Positions 10,881-24,100 of a stretch of 34,995 nt of DNA are shown here, piece by piece (the stretch's first letter is position 1; each line of letters opens with the position of its first letter). The position numbers and the translations under genes are program-made. The stretch is from Folioceros fuciformis (lineage: Eukaryota). The notes beneath the pieces were generated by a model that saw only the letters and a program-made list of their open reading frames with translations, made no database searches and had not been told where the DNA came from. Where the stretch lies: positions 174,171-209,165 of the forward strand of contig JBNGIO010006293.1 in NCBI GenBank assembly GCA_049999805.1. The letters are read 5' to 3'.

Positions 10881-12705
10881 CTAGCACCTTCCTAATCCAA
10901 GCTGGGAATCATAGAAGAACTACCTACCTATTTAGGTGTAGATGGGTATTTGATTCAGATGTGGAACCTTAATCAAGAAGGAGATAAGTAGGTAGGTACC
11001 TACTAAATCAAGAACGTACCTAATTATAAAATTATATATATTTTTAAACATGCTTAATTATGGAAATTATTTTAGCGTTGCCTAATGGACTACCCTAAAA
11101 AAAATAATCCATTAGACAGAAGTTGCCTAATGAATATATCAACTACGGTAGACCTCTAAACACATAAAACCCCCTTCAGTCTATATTAGAGTTAATTTAA
11201 ATTACGATTTGAGTGGAAGGGAACTATGTATGTACATATACGAGGCTGCGAAACTACGGCGGATATTTAAAACTGCAGCTGGGAAGAGGAAACTGGCGAA
11301 AGGCACCACATGTGGCTCAGCGCTTGACCTATCACCGGCCGCGCTGTATGCACATCTCTGGCGTGTCATCGTCTTCTTCCCCTTCCTCCGCCAGTCTATG
11401 CCGGGCTCCCTTCTCTTTTCCTCTCCTTCTCCTCTCCTGCCGCCCCTCTTGCGAGACTGGGCTGGACCTGACCCTGCTTTGTCTCAGTCCGCGCAAGGGA
11501 CTTCCAGGGCAAGCCTCTGGCCTCCTCCTGCTTCCGCTGTCCCTGTCGTCAGCGGCTGTCATCCTATCGCCGGTGTCGTCAAGACCGCTCTGAGCTGCCC
11601 GAGGTTTCTGCATCTGCAGCCCGACGTTGCGGTAACGACCAGCGGCCCTGTGGCGGTGGCGGTGGCAGGGCTTGCCCGTAGCTGTGTGCTTGCTTGGAGC
11701 AATTGCGGGTTTGGTTTATCCCTTCCTCGGGAAGAGTAAGGCACAAGATCTGGCCCTGAGGCCCAGCGTTTTCCCCTGTCCTTGTATCCTTTGTCCCGAA
11801 GCGCCTTGGCTCGGCCGTCGGTGCTCTAGAAAGGGGCTTTCTTGTTCTCGTTAGTTCCCCCGGCTGCGTCTCATGTGACTCCATCCCGCTGATCTCCGCT
11901 GGCTGTTCCTCAAGCGGCCGGAAACGAGTCTTGGCTGCCTCGTCTGGTTCTTTTGCGTTGTGATGCACCGAACGAAACCCTTGCCGTAGCATCATCCTTC
12001 CTCTAGGGTTGTGTCCTAGACGGCGAGTTTCGGATCTGGTCTGGAGCCAGAGGGACTCTTTCTTGTCGGATTGCCTCTTCACGGTCTGTATCAGGTTCTG
12101 CATTGCGTGATCGAAGAGAACGGGCCATCATCAAGGGAGCGGTGGTTCATGCAGTACGGTTTCCGTGCACTCTTGCTGTACTCCCTCGACGCTGCAGGTA
12201 GTCGATTTGAACAGGTGGCCGGGTTCGGCGGGATCACCGTATGTGGTGTGCTGAGTATGTGTGACGGGTTTCCCGGGCGCAGTCCCTTGAGTCACTAATC
12301 CTGTGGGACTCTTGCACTGAAAGGCGGTCGGTGCTCGAACGATTGGAGAGGCTGCCTTCACCTTGCAGTACGAATGTTAGGTCAAGAAGCCACTTCACTA
12401 GCAAACTTTTGCCAAGGTCGAAACCTGAGCTAGATGGGCCAAGTTGTCGAAGTCCCTCGAGCTTGTCGAATGCAAAAGCGCATCCACGCTGTAGCAACAC
12501 GGGATCGCCTGCAAATCCTTAGCTCCCCTGCTGATTAGAGTGTGGTCGAATTCCGGGACGTATCTCACGAAATCTCCTCATTGCACAAACTGCATCAGTG
12601 CAGCTTGAATCTGGTGTCATCAAATGTGTGGCTGAAGCGACATTCTTCTGGGGAATTGGTTCGGCTGGTGAATACACTTGCTTTCAGCGTGCTGGTACAG
12701 CTGAA

Positions 12706-13947
12706 ATGGACGATTTTGATCTTCCTCCAGGATTTGGAGGCCCCTCTTCAGTACGTTCCCACCCTGCCCCTGTAGCACCAGCTCTCCTACAGACCAGGAC
12801 TAAGAGGCCAAGGCCGAGGAAGGTGACATGGGCAAAAGATGAAAAGCTTTTCGAAGTTCGATTGTTTGCGGCGGAGGATGCTCCATATTTGGCAGGTGTA
12901 GGATACCAAGACAGGTTGAAGGCTAAGATGTCGAAGTTCATGCATGCAGCTGATCCTGTTGCTAGGGGCGACCTTCCTCCTGGTTTTGCATATGGACGCG
13001 AAAAGCAGGCACCCAAGAGGATGGTTGATGCAGCTGCAATTGCAGCAGTTGTTCCGAAGGTGGCTTGGCGGCGTCCTCCATTTGTGAGAATGAACGAGTC
13101 ATGGGGAATGATGGCTGGAGAAGCAAGTGAAGAGGTGAAGACTCAGCAAGATCGACAAGTTAGGCTTTTGGAGGCTGTTTATCCACGATCGTCCGCAATT
13201 CCGCATAGCCCAGCTGAGCCTCAGGAGCTTCCGCAGGACATCCAGGATGAGTATATCCCACAAATTCCCCTGGTGCCTGTGGAAGAGGATGCGGCCGAGC
13301 AAGATGAGGCAGCAAGGTTTCCGACGCCGCGGATCGTGAATAATGACGTTGGACGCCTGGGTGTCACCCAGGCTCCTGTTCCTGTGAATGGCACAACTAG
13401 CTATGCTGTTAGTAACGGCATGTTTGGGCAACAACCACCTGGAGCGTGGTTGCCACGGCCTGTGATGCCTCAAGATACGAGCAGAGGGATCGGCTTCAGG
13501 GGGACACCGCCAAACGCTGGCAGTATGGTGTTTCCTCCTGTGTCAGGTAGTATATCTTCAAGTCCCTTGTCGTCCTCCCAGCAAAGCACAGCACAAGGGG
13601 TCCCGAATGCTGCATCGGTTGTCGCTGAGGCTGTTGAGAAGTCACGAGAGGCTGGCAGCCAGATTGACAGTGAGCTTCTTCTGAACATTCTTACCAATCC
13701 TTCATTAATCCAAGCACTCCTAGGCAAGAATGGCGGTGCTGAAGGTCTAAATTTGTCTCAAACAGTGGGTGCTGGTGCACCCCCCTTGCCACACTGTGTT
13801 GGGGGTACTAAGCCTCAGGATAACAGGGCTGATTTTCAGCATTCTGCACCTGCACCTGCATTTGTCCAGCATCCATCTCTACCCCCTCTTGCATATCCTA
13901 CATCGACACAAATGCAGGGTGGGCATGTTTCCACAAGTTGGAGGTGA
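12706..13947 (+). CDS. Plant C3H6-like / PNUTS-like putative PP1 regulatory protein (RVxW motif), apparently a single coding exon
   Basis: RKVTWAKDEKLFEVRLFAAEDAP, QDRLKAK, DLPPGF (twice), GEASEEVKTQQDRQVRLLEAVYPRSSAIPHSP, IPQIPLVPVEE and IDSELLLNILTNP resemble Arabidopsis zinc finger CCCH protein 6-type proteins. First ATG at 12706. Probable 5' UTR intron from 11736. Confidence 0.8.
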   Translation: MDDFDLPPGFGGPSSVRSHPAPVAPALLQTRTKRPRPRKVTWAKDEKLFEVRLFAAEDAPYLAGVGYQDRLKAKMSKFMHAADPVARGDLPPGFAYGREKQAPKRMVDAAAIAAVVPKVAWRRPPFVRMNESWGMMAGEASEEVKTQQDRQVRLLEAVYPRSSAIPHSPAEPQELPQDIQDEYIPQIPLVPVEEDAAEQDEAARFPTPRIVNNDVGRLGVTQAPVPVNGTTSYAVSNGMFGQQPPGAWLPRPVMPQDTSRGIGFRGTPPNAGSMVFPPVSGSISSSPLSSSQQSTAQGVPNAASVVAEAVEKSREAGSQIDSELLLNILTNPSLIQALLGKNGGAEGLNLSQTVGAGAPPLPHCVGGTKPQDNRADFQHSAPAPAFVQHPSLPPLAYPTSTQMQGGHVSTSWR

Positions 13948-15063
13948 TATGAGCCTACACTCCGCCACCTATTTTTGTCATCAGCTCCTATCGTCCGCAG
14001 GGCCAACGACTCAGGCATCAGAGTTGAGATCAAGATGTCTATGCCAGGACCTCCAGAATGGCTAACGAGGAATGAAGCATGAGCTGTGGAGGTGATGACT
14101 CTGGAATGCTGGACGTGGGTTATTTGGTCTTATGAAGCTAGTGACTCAAGGAGTGCTCTGGTCAGCTGTTGGTAGTTGAGGAGGAGGAGGAGGGTGCAGT
14201 TTCATTGACATGATAGGATGGAGTGCCCGACTTGAATGGCTGTCAGAAGAACGTCCCTCAATCCGCAGGTGAACTGGACTGGTAGAAGGTGCATGTTCTG
14301 TTTGTATTCTGCTCGGCAACAAGACTCTTGGCCCGTATCTGCAGCTCGGGTCACTACAGGGACTGCTCCTTGTCCTCAAAGTTCTGGTAAGATATTGGTG
14401 GAAAGCTGAAGGCTGGTCTTCTCTGCAACTCAATGCCACTGATTCTCTGGTCTGGAACAAAACAAATCATTGGGCACATCCCAACGTGCTGGGAGGTGAT
14501 GCGCTTGCTCACGGCATGACATTTACGTGGAGTAGCTCAGCTTAGGTGTGATCTGATTTGTCTTGGCCGAAAAGATGTATTTAGTGAACAGAAAACGACA
14601 ATCAACCTGTTCTGCCGAAATGGGCAGGCGGTCTTGGAGGATTTTTATCATCCTGTGCATCCTTGTTCACTCCCCTATGCTGGGCAGAAACTCGTCGCCC
14701 TAGATTGGCTGCTTGCTTGCTTGTAATCCCTCACAGCTGTGTGTGCTATCGGTAGGAGCCCATGGTTTCGACGTTCGTGTTGGGTGTCCTTGTGGTTGTC
14801 ACATTCTGAGTGTACCTACTGCTATTGTAAGGTAGGTTGCACACAGAGCTATGAAAAATCAATGCACTTATCATTCCGGTTACATAGACAAAACTGTCCG
14901 TCCCTTGGTATGGCGTCAAAAATCATTTACTCCTAGATCATTTAGTCGTTTCGTTACTTTCTACGGCCTCATAGGCACCCGCTAGTATCCTGTACACGAA
15001 AGGAGGCGGTTGTCTGGCCACATGGTTGAACGCTCTACGCTTACGCGTACGCCTACGCCCTCG

Positions 15064-17350
15064 TTAGTCGGCATTGACAACGGAAGCAACCGAGATTTCA
15101 CTCTTCAGCTTCGCATCCAAATTGGGCTGCACTCCGTTGGGCAAAAATATTGGTTCCGAGGGAGCGTCACGTTTTTTCATGTTTCTCTTGATGTAGGGAT
15201 CAACTTCCCCAGCCTCGTCTACAGCCCCCATTCTTCGAAACTTGTCTACACGATGCTTCATCAGTGTCTCAGGGTCTAGCACCAGTAGTTCCTGTAAGCC
15301 AGGGGGAATCAGCAAACACACTGAAGCCTACACTGCTGAGCACACGTTCAAGCTGCTTACTCGCATGTATCTCAAAATGGCTTCCTTGATGTTCCTTGAC
15401 GTTTGCTCTGGATTGCTGTGCGCGCCTCCCACAGGTTCCTGTACACCACGCCCATGGTGCTTGGTGAGTTTCCAGCCTCAGCCAACAAAATCGAGGCGCA
15501 GGATAGATAGTAAACAGTAGTCATACCGGAAGAACTTCGTCAACGATTCCCAACTTGTGTAGCTCATGTCCAGTTATTCGCAAAGCCTCCGCAGCCTACA
15601 AAAAACGGAGCGGGCCAAGCAGGCGGGAGATATTAGCTTGCTTGCAGAGTAGTGGTGGGTCCTTACTGATCAACCGCACGACTGTGATTCTTCGAATCAC
15701 CTTGTGAGCAGCCTCTGCTGTCTTCCATAGAATTGCAGCGCACGCTTCAGGACTGCAGCCAATACGTTATTGGTAAGATTCTGGCACCTTTTTTCGGTTC
15801 ACACACTGCACATTGAGCACGGATGACCCTATCCGCAAGAACAGCCAAACGAAACGCACCTTGCTACATAGTAGACGGAATTTTCCAGCATCAACATCTT
15901 GTCACAGCAACCAATAGCGAGAGCACCACCGGAGCCACCTTCTCCTATCACAGTTGTGATGATGGGCACCCGGAGGCCGAACATCTCTCTCAAGTTATGG
16001 GCAATGGCTTCTCCCTGTGCAAAGTATGGATCCGTACACCATCAGTTCTTCATTTGTGGGCAGCTCCAGATGATCCAGAGGGAATGTGCCTCTACTTACT
16101 TGGCCCAGCTCCTCTGCCTTAAGGCCGGCGTACGCTCCTGGAGTGTCAATGAAAGTCAGGATAGGAAACCCGTGATGGTCAGCATGCCGCATCATCCGCA
16201 GGGCCTTTCGATACCTGCAATCGAAATGATGATGAGTTCCAAGACAGACTGTTTTGGCACAGAAGTACGCATCGCATGATAGTTTCATGAAGCTGCAGCT
16301 TGCTGCAGACCATACCCATTGGGAGTTGGCATGGCAAAATTGCGGTAAATGTTCTCTTTGGTATTGCGCCCTTTCTGGTGGCCCATGAACATGAAGCTCA
16401 TTCCTTCAATCTTGCCAATCCCACATACTAATGCTGGATCATCGTACCCACCTCGGTCCCCATGAAGCTCCACCCACTGGTGGCGCGTCCCCGTTGCAGT
16501 CGGTCAGAGAAAGCATTGTGCCCTGGGTGGAAACTAGAGTAAACGCGTACGGCAACCAGGTGCTTACCTTGTCTGTGATGTTCAGTACATGGTCCAGAAA
16601 GGTCGGTCTGTTCGGATGTCGAGCTACGCTAAGTCGTTGAACAGGGGTGAGTTGGGTGTACAAATCGCGTCGGACCTGCAAGCTTAGGCGGATTCCACAA
16701 TCAGGATAGGCTAACTCTTCGTTGCCACTTTCACACTTTCTTCAAACCGAAAGGCCAACAATCCAGCAGCGATTCTGGAGGTACCTGCTCATATTTCTGT
16801 CGCAGCTCCACAACCTGGTCGCTGAAGTCCATACCGGTTTTCTCAGCAAGTTCCGTTATCTGCCAAAGGGAGCCGCAAAATGTTGGAATTTGGAGCCCAC
16901 AGTAAGGAGGAGAACCACGGCCACGCATCACCTTACCTCTCTAATTCTATTCTCCAGATCCACGAGGGGCAGCTCGAAGGGCAGAGTGACCGGCTTGGGC
17001 TTGGATGGCAACGGCTTAAACCTTGACAAGAAGGCCAAAGACCCATCCGGCTCGGCGTCCACATTCAACTTTTCCGGCCACGGATACTCCGTCTCGGAGC
17101 CGGACCTCTTGCCCTTGCGAATTTTCGCGATTGCGATCACGGTCCTGCTGCGACAGACCCTCGCAGCTCTCCCCAGTAGCGGGCTGCCCACAACGACCAC
17201 CTTGCTGCTCACGCCATTCTTGCCGCTGGACAGCTTTGCTGCTCCAGGAGCTGTAGCTGGAGCTGAGACTGAGACTGGAATTTCACGCTGAGCCTCGCTC
17301 CACCGAGCAACATCCCTCACACTGGCCTGCGCTGCACAGAGGCTCTGCAT
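15064..17350 (-). CDS. CAC3: Acetyl-CoA carboxylase carboxyltransferase alpha subunit, plastid (accA homologue), 484 aa, 10 exons
   Basis: Exons 17350-16937, 16859-16785, 16675-16568, 16476-16316, 16214-16100, 16014-15860, 15752-15701, 15595-15527, 15438-15361 and 15291-15064 are all GT-AG and in frame. Motifs [48 protein letters not shown]. Transit-peptide-like N-terminus. Confidence 0.97.
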
Positions 17351-18151
17351 TGTAGAACACGCACCAAATCACGGGCCCTGCTCAATTCCCACAGAGTCTT
17401 CCGAAATTGGGCACCCAGTGAAACAAGTCAGATGTTCCAGATCCCGGGCAGAGCACTGCCAAGCTCCTCCAGCTGAAGGGGGCGAGTCTGGGGCGGAGTT
17501 AGAAGGTGCAGCCGGTGGCGCTGGGCGCAGCAAATTCTTGAGGGCCTGGCGCAGAAGTCGCACGTGTCTCAACCACTCCGTAATGGGTACAACTACAACA
17601 GCAAGGAAGGGCGAGGGCGACTGGGAGATGCGCGGAGGAGAGGACGGCATTAGAGAGGATGCGAGACAAAAGGTAACGTGGTAAGGCGACATTGGAGCAC
17701 GCAGCATCGTAGGCGCCGCTCTTGGTCGCTGCGGACAAGGCTCAGACGCCATGGCCGATGCCCAATTTTGCCTCAGCCTCGACAATGCATGCAGCCAGGC
17801 CCTCCGGCCGGGGTCCCACCGTCTCACGGCCCCTGGCTGGCCTATTCCCATTTACCATTCGTTTTAATGAACTCTCAGACTACTTGTTGTCGATTCGATT
17901 TGGTCTGTCAGATGCGGCTTCCGTTTGCGACAACCTGTTGCGCGTCTCGAATGTCGCATTAGCATCCGGGATATTTAACATCTTGAACAGTTAAAGCTCT
18001 TGACGAAAGAATCCTCTTACATCCCAAGACATGAGAGATGATATATCTATACATATATATATGAGCACGTATATGCCTCGTTATAGGCTATCGATAGCAA
18101 GACATGCGCCATGACGTTAAATGAATATTAAGAAAACAAAGGCACAGATCA

Positions 18152-21100
18152 TTATGTGGTCGCGTCTTCTGGTCTTTGCTTGGCGAACGAAAGGAATACC
18201 TGCTCCAACGTGCTCTGGCTCACGCTGTAGTCCACAACTCCGACTCTCTCCTGCTCCCTTTGGATGGCACCAAAGATCAGGGAGAGTGGGGCCCCCTCGG
18301 AAGGTAGTCTATATGTCAGCCTCTGAGAGTGCTGCTCCACCAGCTTTGCTCCTGAGAAGTTGGAGCGCATGAACTCTGCGATCAGTTCGGGAGCCTCGGG
18401 AGATGAATATTTCATTTCCACAGTGTAGCCTGCGGGAAGACCGGTCGAGAGGGTTCAGGACGGAGCAATTGAGGGGATGAGATGCGATGAGGAGCAGCAG
18501 AAGAGATCTGATACCTTCACCGAAACGAGATTTGATGTGTTGTATGGGACCCAAACATACGAGGCTGCCCGCAACCATGACCCCGACCCTGCTGCACAGT
18601 GCCTCACACTCTTCCATGCTGTGGGTGGTCAGTACCATGGCTACGTTCCGTTGAGACACTGCCTGCACGATCAGATCCCACATGGCTCTTCGGGCCACCG
18701 GATCCATCCCACTTCCAGGCTCATCGAGGAATACCACGGCTGGGTCTCCTATCTGCACACAAGCGTGACAAGGCCTTTGTTAGTACTTCAATGTGAAATG
18801 AGGAAGCAAGGGACAAGGAGCGGAGCGGAAACGATTGCCCTCACCAACGCGATTGCGAGGGACAATTTGCGTTTGTTCCCACCACTGTACGAGCTTGACA
18901 CAGCATCTGCATACTTCTCAAGCCCAACAGATTTCAACATCTCATCTACCACGGCACTTACTGCACTTTTGGGTACACCCTTAAGCCTTGCGTACATTTG
19001 CAGGTGTTCCCTTGCAGTCATGAGATCGAGTAATGGGTCGAACTGAGGACAGTAACCTATTTGCTTCTGCACTAAAGGTAGATCAGTCAAGACAGAGTAG
19101 CCATTTATGAAGGCGTTGCCACCACTTGGCTTTAAATCACCAGTTAACATTGACAGGGTTGTCGTCTTTCCTGCACCGTTCACTCCTCTGTACAGAATCA
19201 CAACAGCAACATAAGCACAGAGAGAAAACACTCTTTTCTAAACCCAACGTCCAGCGAGAAGATCTCAAGGAGCCTTACAAAAAGCCAAAACATTCCCCAG
19301 CGGGAATACCGAGGCTGAGGTCTCTCACAGCAGTCTTGCTTGATTCACCTTTGTTACCAGGATATACTTTGCGCAGTCTTTGCATTGTAACTGGATCCTT
19401 CTTCACGCTTCCTTCAACACGCTTTCTCTCGGTCAATACATCCACGTCTTCCGCTATGGACACCTTACCTGCAAAGGGTATGAAAGTTACATCAGCAGTA
19501 TCCTAATAGCCCTTTAAACGGTTGGTGGCTGATGCACAAAGCAACTCAACAGAGGGCAAATCATTGGCCCGAAAGTATGTGCTGAAGGATGTACCTGGAA
19601 CGAAACTGTGCCGCTGGAGATGCGGGCACGACGCAAAATGAGCCCAGGCCCTTGCAAGGGCATCACTGTCAATCAGCAGGGTTAAAATCATATAGCCTAG
19701 AGCTTCAAGGACCATGAAGCACAGTGGCTGCCCAATGATGTCCCACCGGTAGGGATTTGCTCTCTCCCCCAACACGGATACCTCAAGCTGCAACGCTGAC
19801 AGGCTCAAGAGGCCCCTTCCCAAGTTGTACGGAGGGAAAAGACGGTACAAATGAACAAGCACGTTATTTACTGCCTGCAAAGAGGGCAACTGAACGCATG
19901 AGAACATCGTCACGGCACATGCTGGATACACGGACCCATAGACAAGCTCCAGCACATTCTGTTCACTAACCTTCGTTTCCTCGAGAGCTTCCATTACAAT
20001 GCTTGCAACCACCATAACAAAGCCCGAGACAAAATGTATCCCCGCAATAGCAACCTGCAGAGTGAATTGGAAGAAATGCTTCACATTTTGAGAATTACTC
20101 CAGCACATGAGAACCAGCAGCCTAACAGGTCAGGGTGACAGCTTCCATCAACTCCCATATAACTCACAAGTTTGACAAACTGAAGGAGCCCCTGGTTCCA
20201 AAGCTTTTACCTGTGCACTTGCATGGTTGGAGAATCCAAAAGCATACACGTAGGACAGAGGCACCACAGAGAGCCCAAACGCGACCAGGAGGCTAGTCAC
20301 AGCAGAAGCTGATAACCAAGTGCCAATAAAAGCGTCATCCCGGTAAATAAAAAATACGAGCAGGGTGATGGCCACAATGGCTACATAGTTAACCATGTCC
20401 CAGGTATAAGTCGCAAACCAATAATTGTACACGTTTGCCCCACTGACCATCTGCCACAGAAGAGTCACTGTACTTTAAACTGGCAATGGCATGACAGCCA
20501 CAATCAATTTTCCCCTGTTGAATATCTCCCAGACAAACAGATTCTTATCCTTCAATCCAGAAGAAAAATACCTGAAGAAGCTTCGCCTTCACAGCTCTTT
20601 CCCGGACCACAAAAACAGCAAAGCTGGCTGCTAGGTAACAAAATGGGATGAGTACAAACAAAGCAGCCAAGATAGCTAAGACTGTCTGAATCTCTAAGGC
20701 TTCATCCTTTGTAAGGGGCAGGGGATGACTGGAAGCCTTCAAATAAGCACTTGGTCTCCTTAGAGTTGCACGTAATCTTGCCTGGGCAAGTTCCTGTATA
20801 AACGCTGGCAAGGCATGATCAGATGATGTGTTGTGCAGAATGGTCAAAGGGACCACCAATTCTCTTCCAGATACTCCTGGGGCAAGGAGATTTTCGTTGC
20901 TGATATTAACACGTGATTCCCAGCCCTTGGGAGGTTGCGGGGTGCCACCAGGAAACATATTTGTCATGTTGATGTCACTCATCGCGGAAAAGTTTTGATC
21001 CAGCAGCACTGTATCATTGAAAACAAGGGCTCCTGCAACGGCGGGCATAAATCGTCACACAACATCAAGTCACTCTGCAATTGACTGACTTTCAATGTGC

Positions 21101-24100
21101 AAGTTCTTACCATATTTTGCAGGATCGTGAGGAGCAGACAAAAGTGCAAAACTCATTTCGACACTGTTATTTATACTACTTATGACCTGAATGTCCATGG
21201 GGCTGTCATCACCCAATCTTGCTACAGAAATTGCATTAGTTCCAGCAACAAAAACTGGAACTCTTTGGTCTGGTCGAGCTTGTGACTTGTACATATCATA
21301 ACTCAGTTGCAACCTGGGCCCCGCAGGGTTGACGCTTAGCTTCAGAATAAGCATAACAAAGGCAATAACTGCAACTGGCAGGAAAACTGAGTTGAACAAC
21401 CCCTGCAACAAGGCCAGCACAGGAACAAAGATGTTAGAGTAACAACGAAGCCCAAAGAATTTTGGGCAACCAATGCTCTCCACTGCTGAGGTTTTAGGGT
21501 GCAAGAAGTGCAATGACGGCAAACGTAAATGAAAGATGCTCCTTTAACCTTTAAGTCACGCCGTGCTATAATAACGCGCTTCTTAAACAATTCGAACCAT
21601 GCTTGCCAAAAGCCACAGCCAGCTCTCTTTTCCAATATTCCAGATGAATATTGGCCATCGTTTCCTGATGTCTTAACAGGGACAATAAGTGAGCCCAACA
21701 CAGACTCTTCCTCTAACTCATCCTTGGTATTTTTAGTTTCACCTTCAGTAGGTGTAAGTGGGTGCTGCATGTCCCCTTCAGTAGCCAAACGAATAAAAAC
21801 TTCTTCCAAAGTAGTCATCGACACGCCAAAGCTACCTGCAGACAAGTACATTCATAAAAAGTTCGCTGCCAGCTGTGCATTCACAAGCCAGTACAGGGAG
21901 TAGGGCAGCATTCATTTTTGGTCATAGTTTACCTATGTGCAGGTCAGCTTTGCGCTGTTCAAGCTGGTGAAAAAAAACTGCAAATACACTCTTGCTCTCA
22001 ATTGGCAATTGAAAACTGATCTCGCCTCCTGCACAGCTCAGAGGAATAGCCTGCGGCACGTGGCTAAGAACAAACCCTTCCACAGAGGACATATTGCTGT
22101 CTGGGCTGTCCTTTGTCATTATCAGATGATACCCTACACCATATTGTGCCTACCAAGCCATGAGATTTGTTAGACCAAGGTGTGGCAATCTCCCTCAGCA
22201 AACAAGAATGCAAGGCTGGTCAGATCAGAAAATAACATACCTTCAGAAAGAGGCTACTGCCACAACATCTCAGCCGCCCATCACTCATTATAGCTATGCG
22301 GTCACAAAGGACGTCAGCCTCATCCATATAGTGAGTAGTTAGAACAACAGCACGTCCATGCTTGAACGTGTGCAGAAGTTGCCACATTCCACGTCTTGCA
22401 TGAGGGTCCATGCCCGAGGTTGGCTCATCCAAAAAGACAACTCTTGACCCTCCAATCATAGCCATTCCTACCTGCAATTTGGCACCAGTACTGAAGGGAT
22501 CATCATTCTAGCAACCACTTGTACAGGGCTGTGTCAAACAAGTGAAAACCCTGCACCAGATATGTACCTGCAACTTCCTTTTCATGCCGCCAGAAAGGCT
22601 AGATGCAAGCGACAGACGCTTATCTGTTAGTTCAACTCTGGTGACCATGTCACGGACTGCCAATTCAATAAGCTTGTCAGGGACCCCCTTGATAGCAGCA
22701 TAAAGCTCTAGGTGTTCCTCCACAGTTAGATGCTGAAAAAGTACGTTTTGCTGTGGGCAGACACCAATCATCCTGAATAGCGAAACGGAGTCAGTGAAAT
22801 CCCACCCATGCAAGTTCCTGCCATCAGCAAAGTTAGAAGATGCACCTTCGAATCTCCTTCATATTTGTTAAGATGTTGTAGCCCCCGATTTGCGCCTGGC
22901 CTGATGTGGGCTTTATAAGGCCAGTTAGCATGGAGATAGTGGTTGACTTCCCAGCCCCATTGTGACCTAAAAGACCTGTAATTTGACCTTCAATTATGTC
23001 CAAGTCCAACCCTTCTACAGCCACCTTGCCTCCAGCATAAACCTTCTTCAGGCCCCTTATTTGAACTGCTGGAGTACTCTGACAGGTTATAGGTTCAAAG
23101 TCTCTATGCCCATCCTGTTCTGTTTCCTGTGTTGGTATCTGCAGATTCAAAAATAAAACGTGGCAAACGAAGTGTTCACACACAAAATTCCCTGGAATCG
23201 TACAACTGCTCTACTTCCACATCGATCAGACGTACCTCGTATTTCAGCTTGCTTGAGATCCTAGCATCCCCCAACCAGTAGGATCGGCTGAACATAAACC
23301 AAGGTCGTAACGGTGCTCCATATTCTGAGGGGAGAACCTGTTCCAAGTACCTGTTGAACATATGCCAAAGCTTCAGTTACTAGACCCTCATGACACACCC
23401 AAACAGAGAAATAGCGGCTGAGGTAGAGACTTTTGAGTAATAAAACACATCTTTTAATCCATAAAAAAGATCAGCATAGCAAGTGCAGAGTAATACCAAG
23501 CTAAGATAGAGTAGATAAAAAGGTCAACGAGGAGGAGCATCAGTATGTGCGCGAACGAAAACTCCTCCTCCATAAAGTTTGCCCAAGTCAATCCAAAGTT
23601 CGCACCCTCATATTGTCCAAGCATGTCAATACCTGTGAGCCAGAGAACAGAAGTTTGCTCTCAGGCCAACACCTAGGGAGGAACACACATGTGCTGCCAA
23701 GAGATATATACAGTGCACCGTAATGCCTGTGAGGTACCAAAGGTGAAAGCTGTAGATGGCAAAAGTGCCGCCACAGCTTTGCCTGGAATGGCCTGTCCAC
23801 TACTTGCCCTAAAGAAAATGTAACGTGGCATGATCGCTGCGAAGTGCACAAACGGAGCAACAATGGCCGCCAACTTGGACTTTGAGAAGAAAACTGATAA
23901 GAAGAAACCTGAGAAACACGAGAAAAGCTTTCCATGAGCAAACGAAATAAGCTTAAAACCCCGTACAGAAGATGATGATTAGACTCGTTTAAGTGTCTTA
24001 CCAAATGGGATCAGTGAGCTTGTGAACAGAAGGAAAAGAACAAAAATTAAACTGGGATCGCTGTAGCCCAGATGACCACCAGGCATGTTAGCTCTTATAA

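Larger units (their letters stand above)
8325..11148 (-). mobile_element. Full-length pogo/Tc2-like (Tc1/mariner group) DNA transposon, 2824 bp
   Basis: Exact 15-bp TIR CCGTAGTTGATATAT at 8325-8339 and 11134-11148, extending imperfectly to about 24 bp. TA on both sides (8323-8324, 11149-11150). Internal DDE_1 transposase. Confidence 0.93.

Noticed and set aside
11209-12522. Multiple 60-176 aa ORFs
   Set aside because: Better explained as the GC-rich 5' UTR and first intron of the C3H6-like gene.
14595-14670. CCCH-finger exon (FCRNG) for the C3H6-like gene
   Set aside because: Cys/His spacing does not fit C-x8-C-x5-C-x3-H.
17369-17994. ORFs upstream of CAC3
   Set aside because: GC-rich 5' UTR/promoter with no protein motifs.
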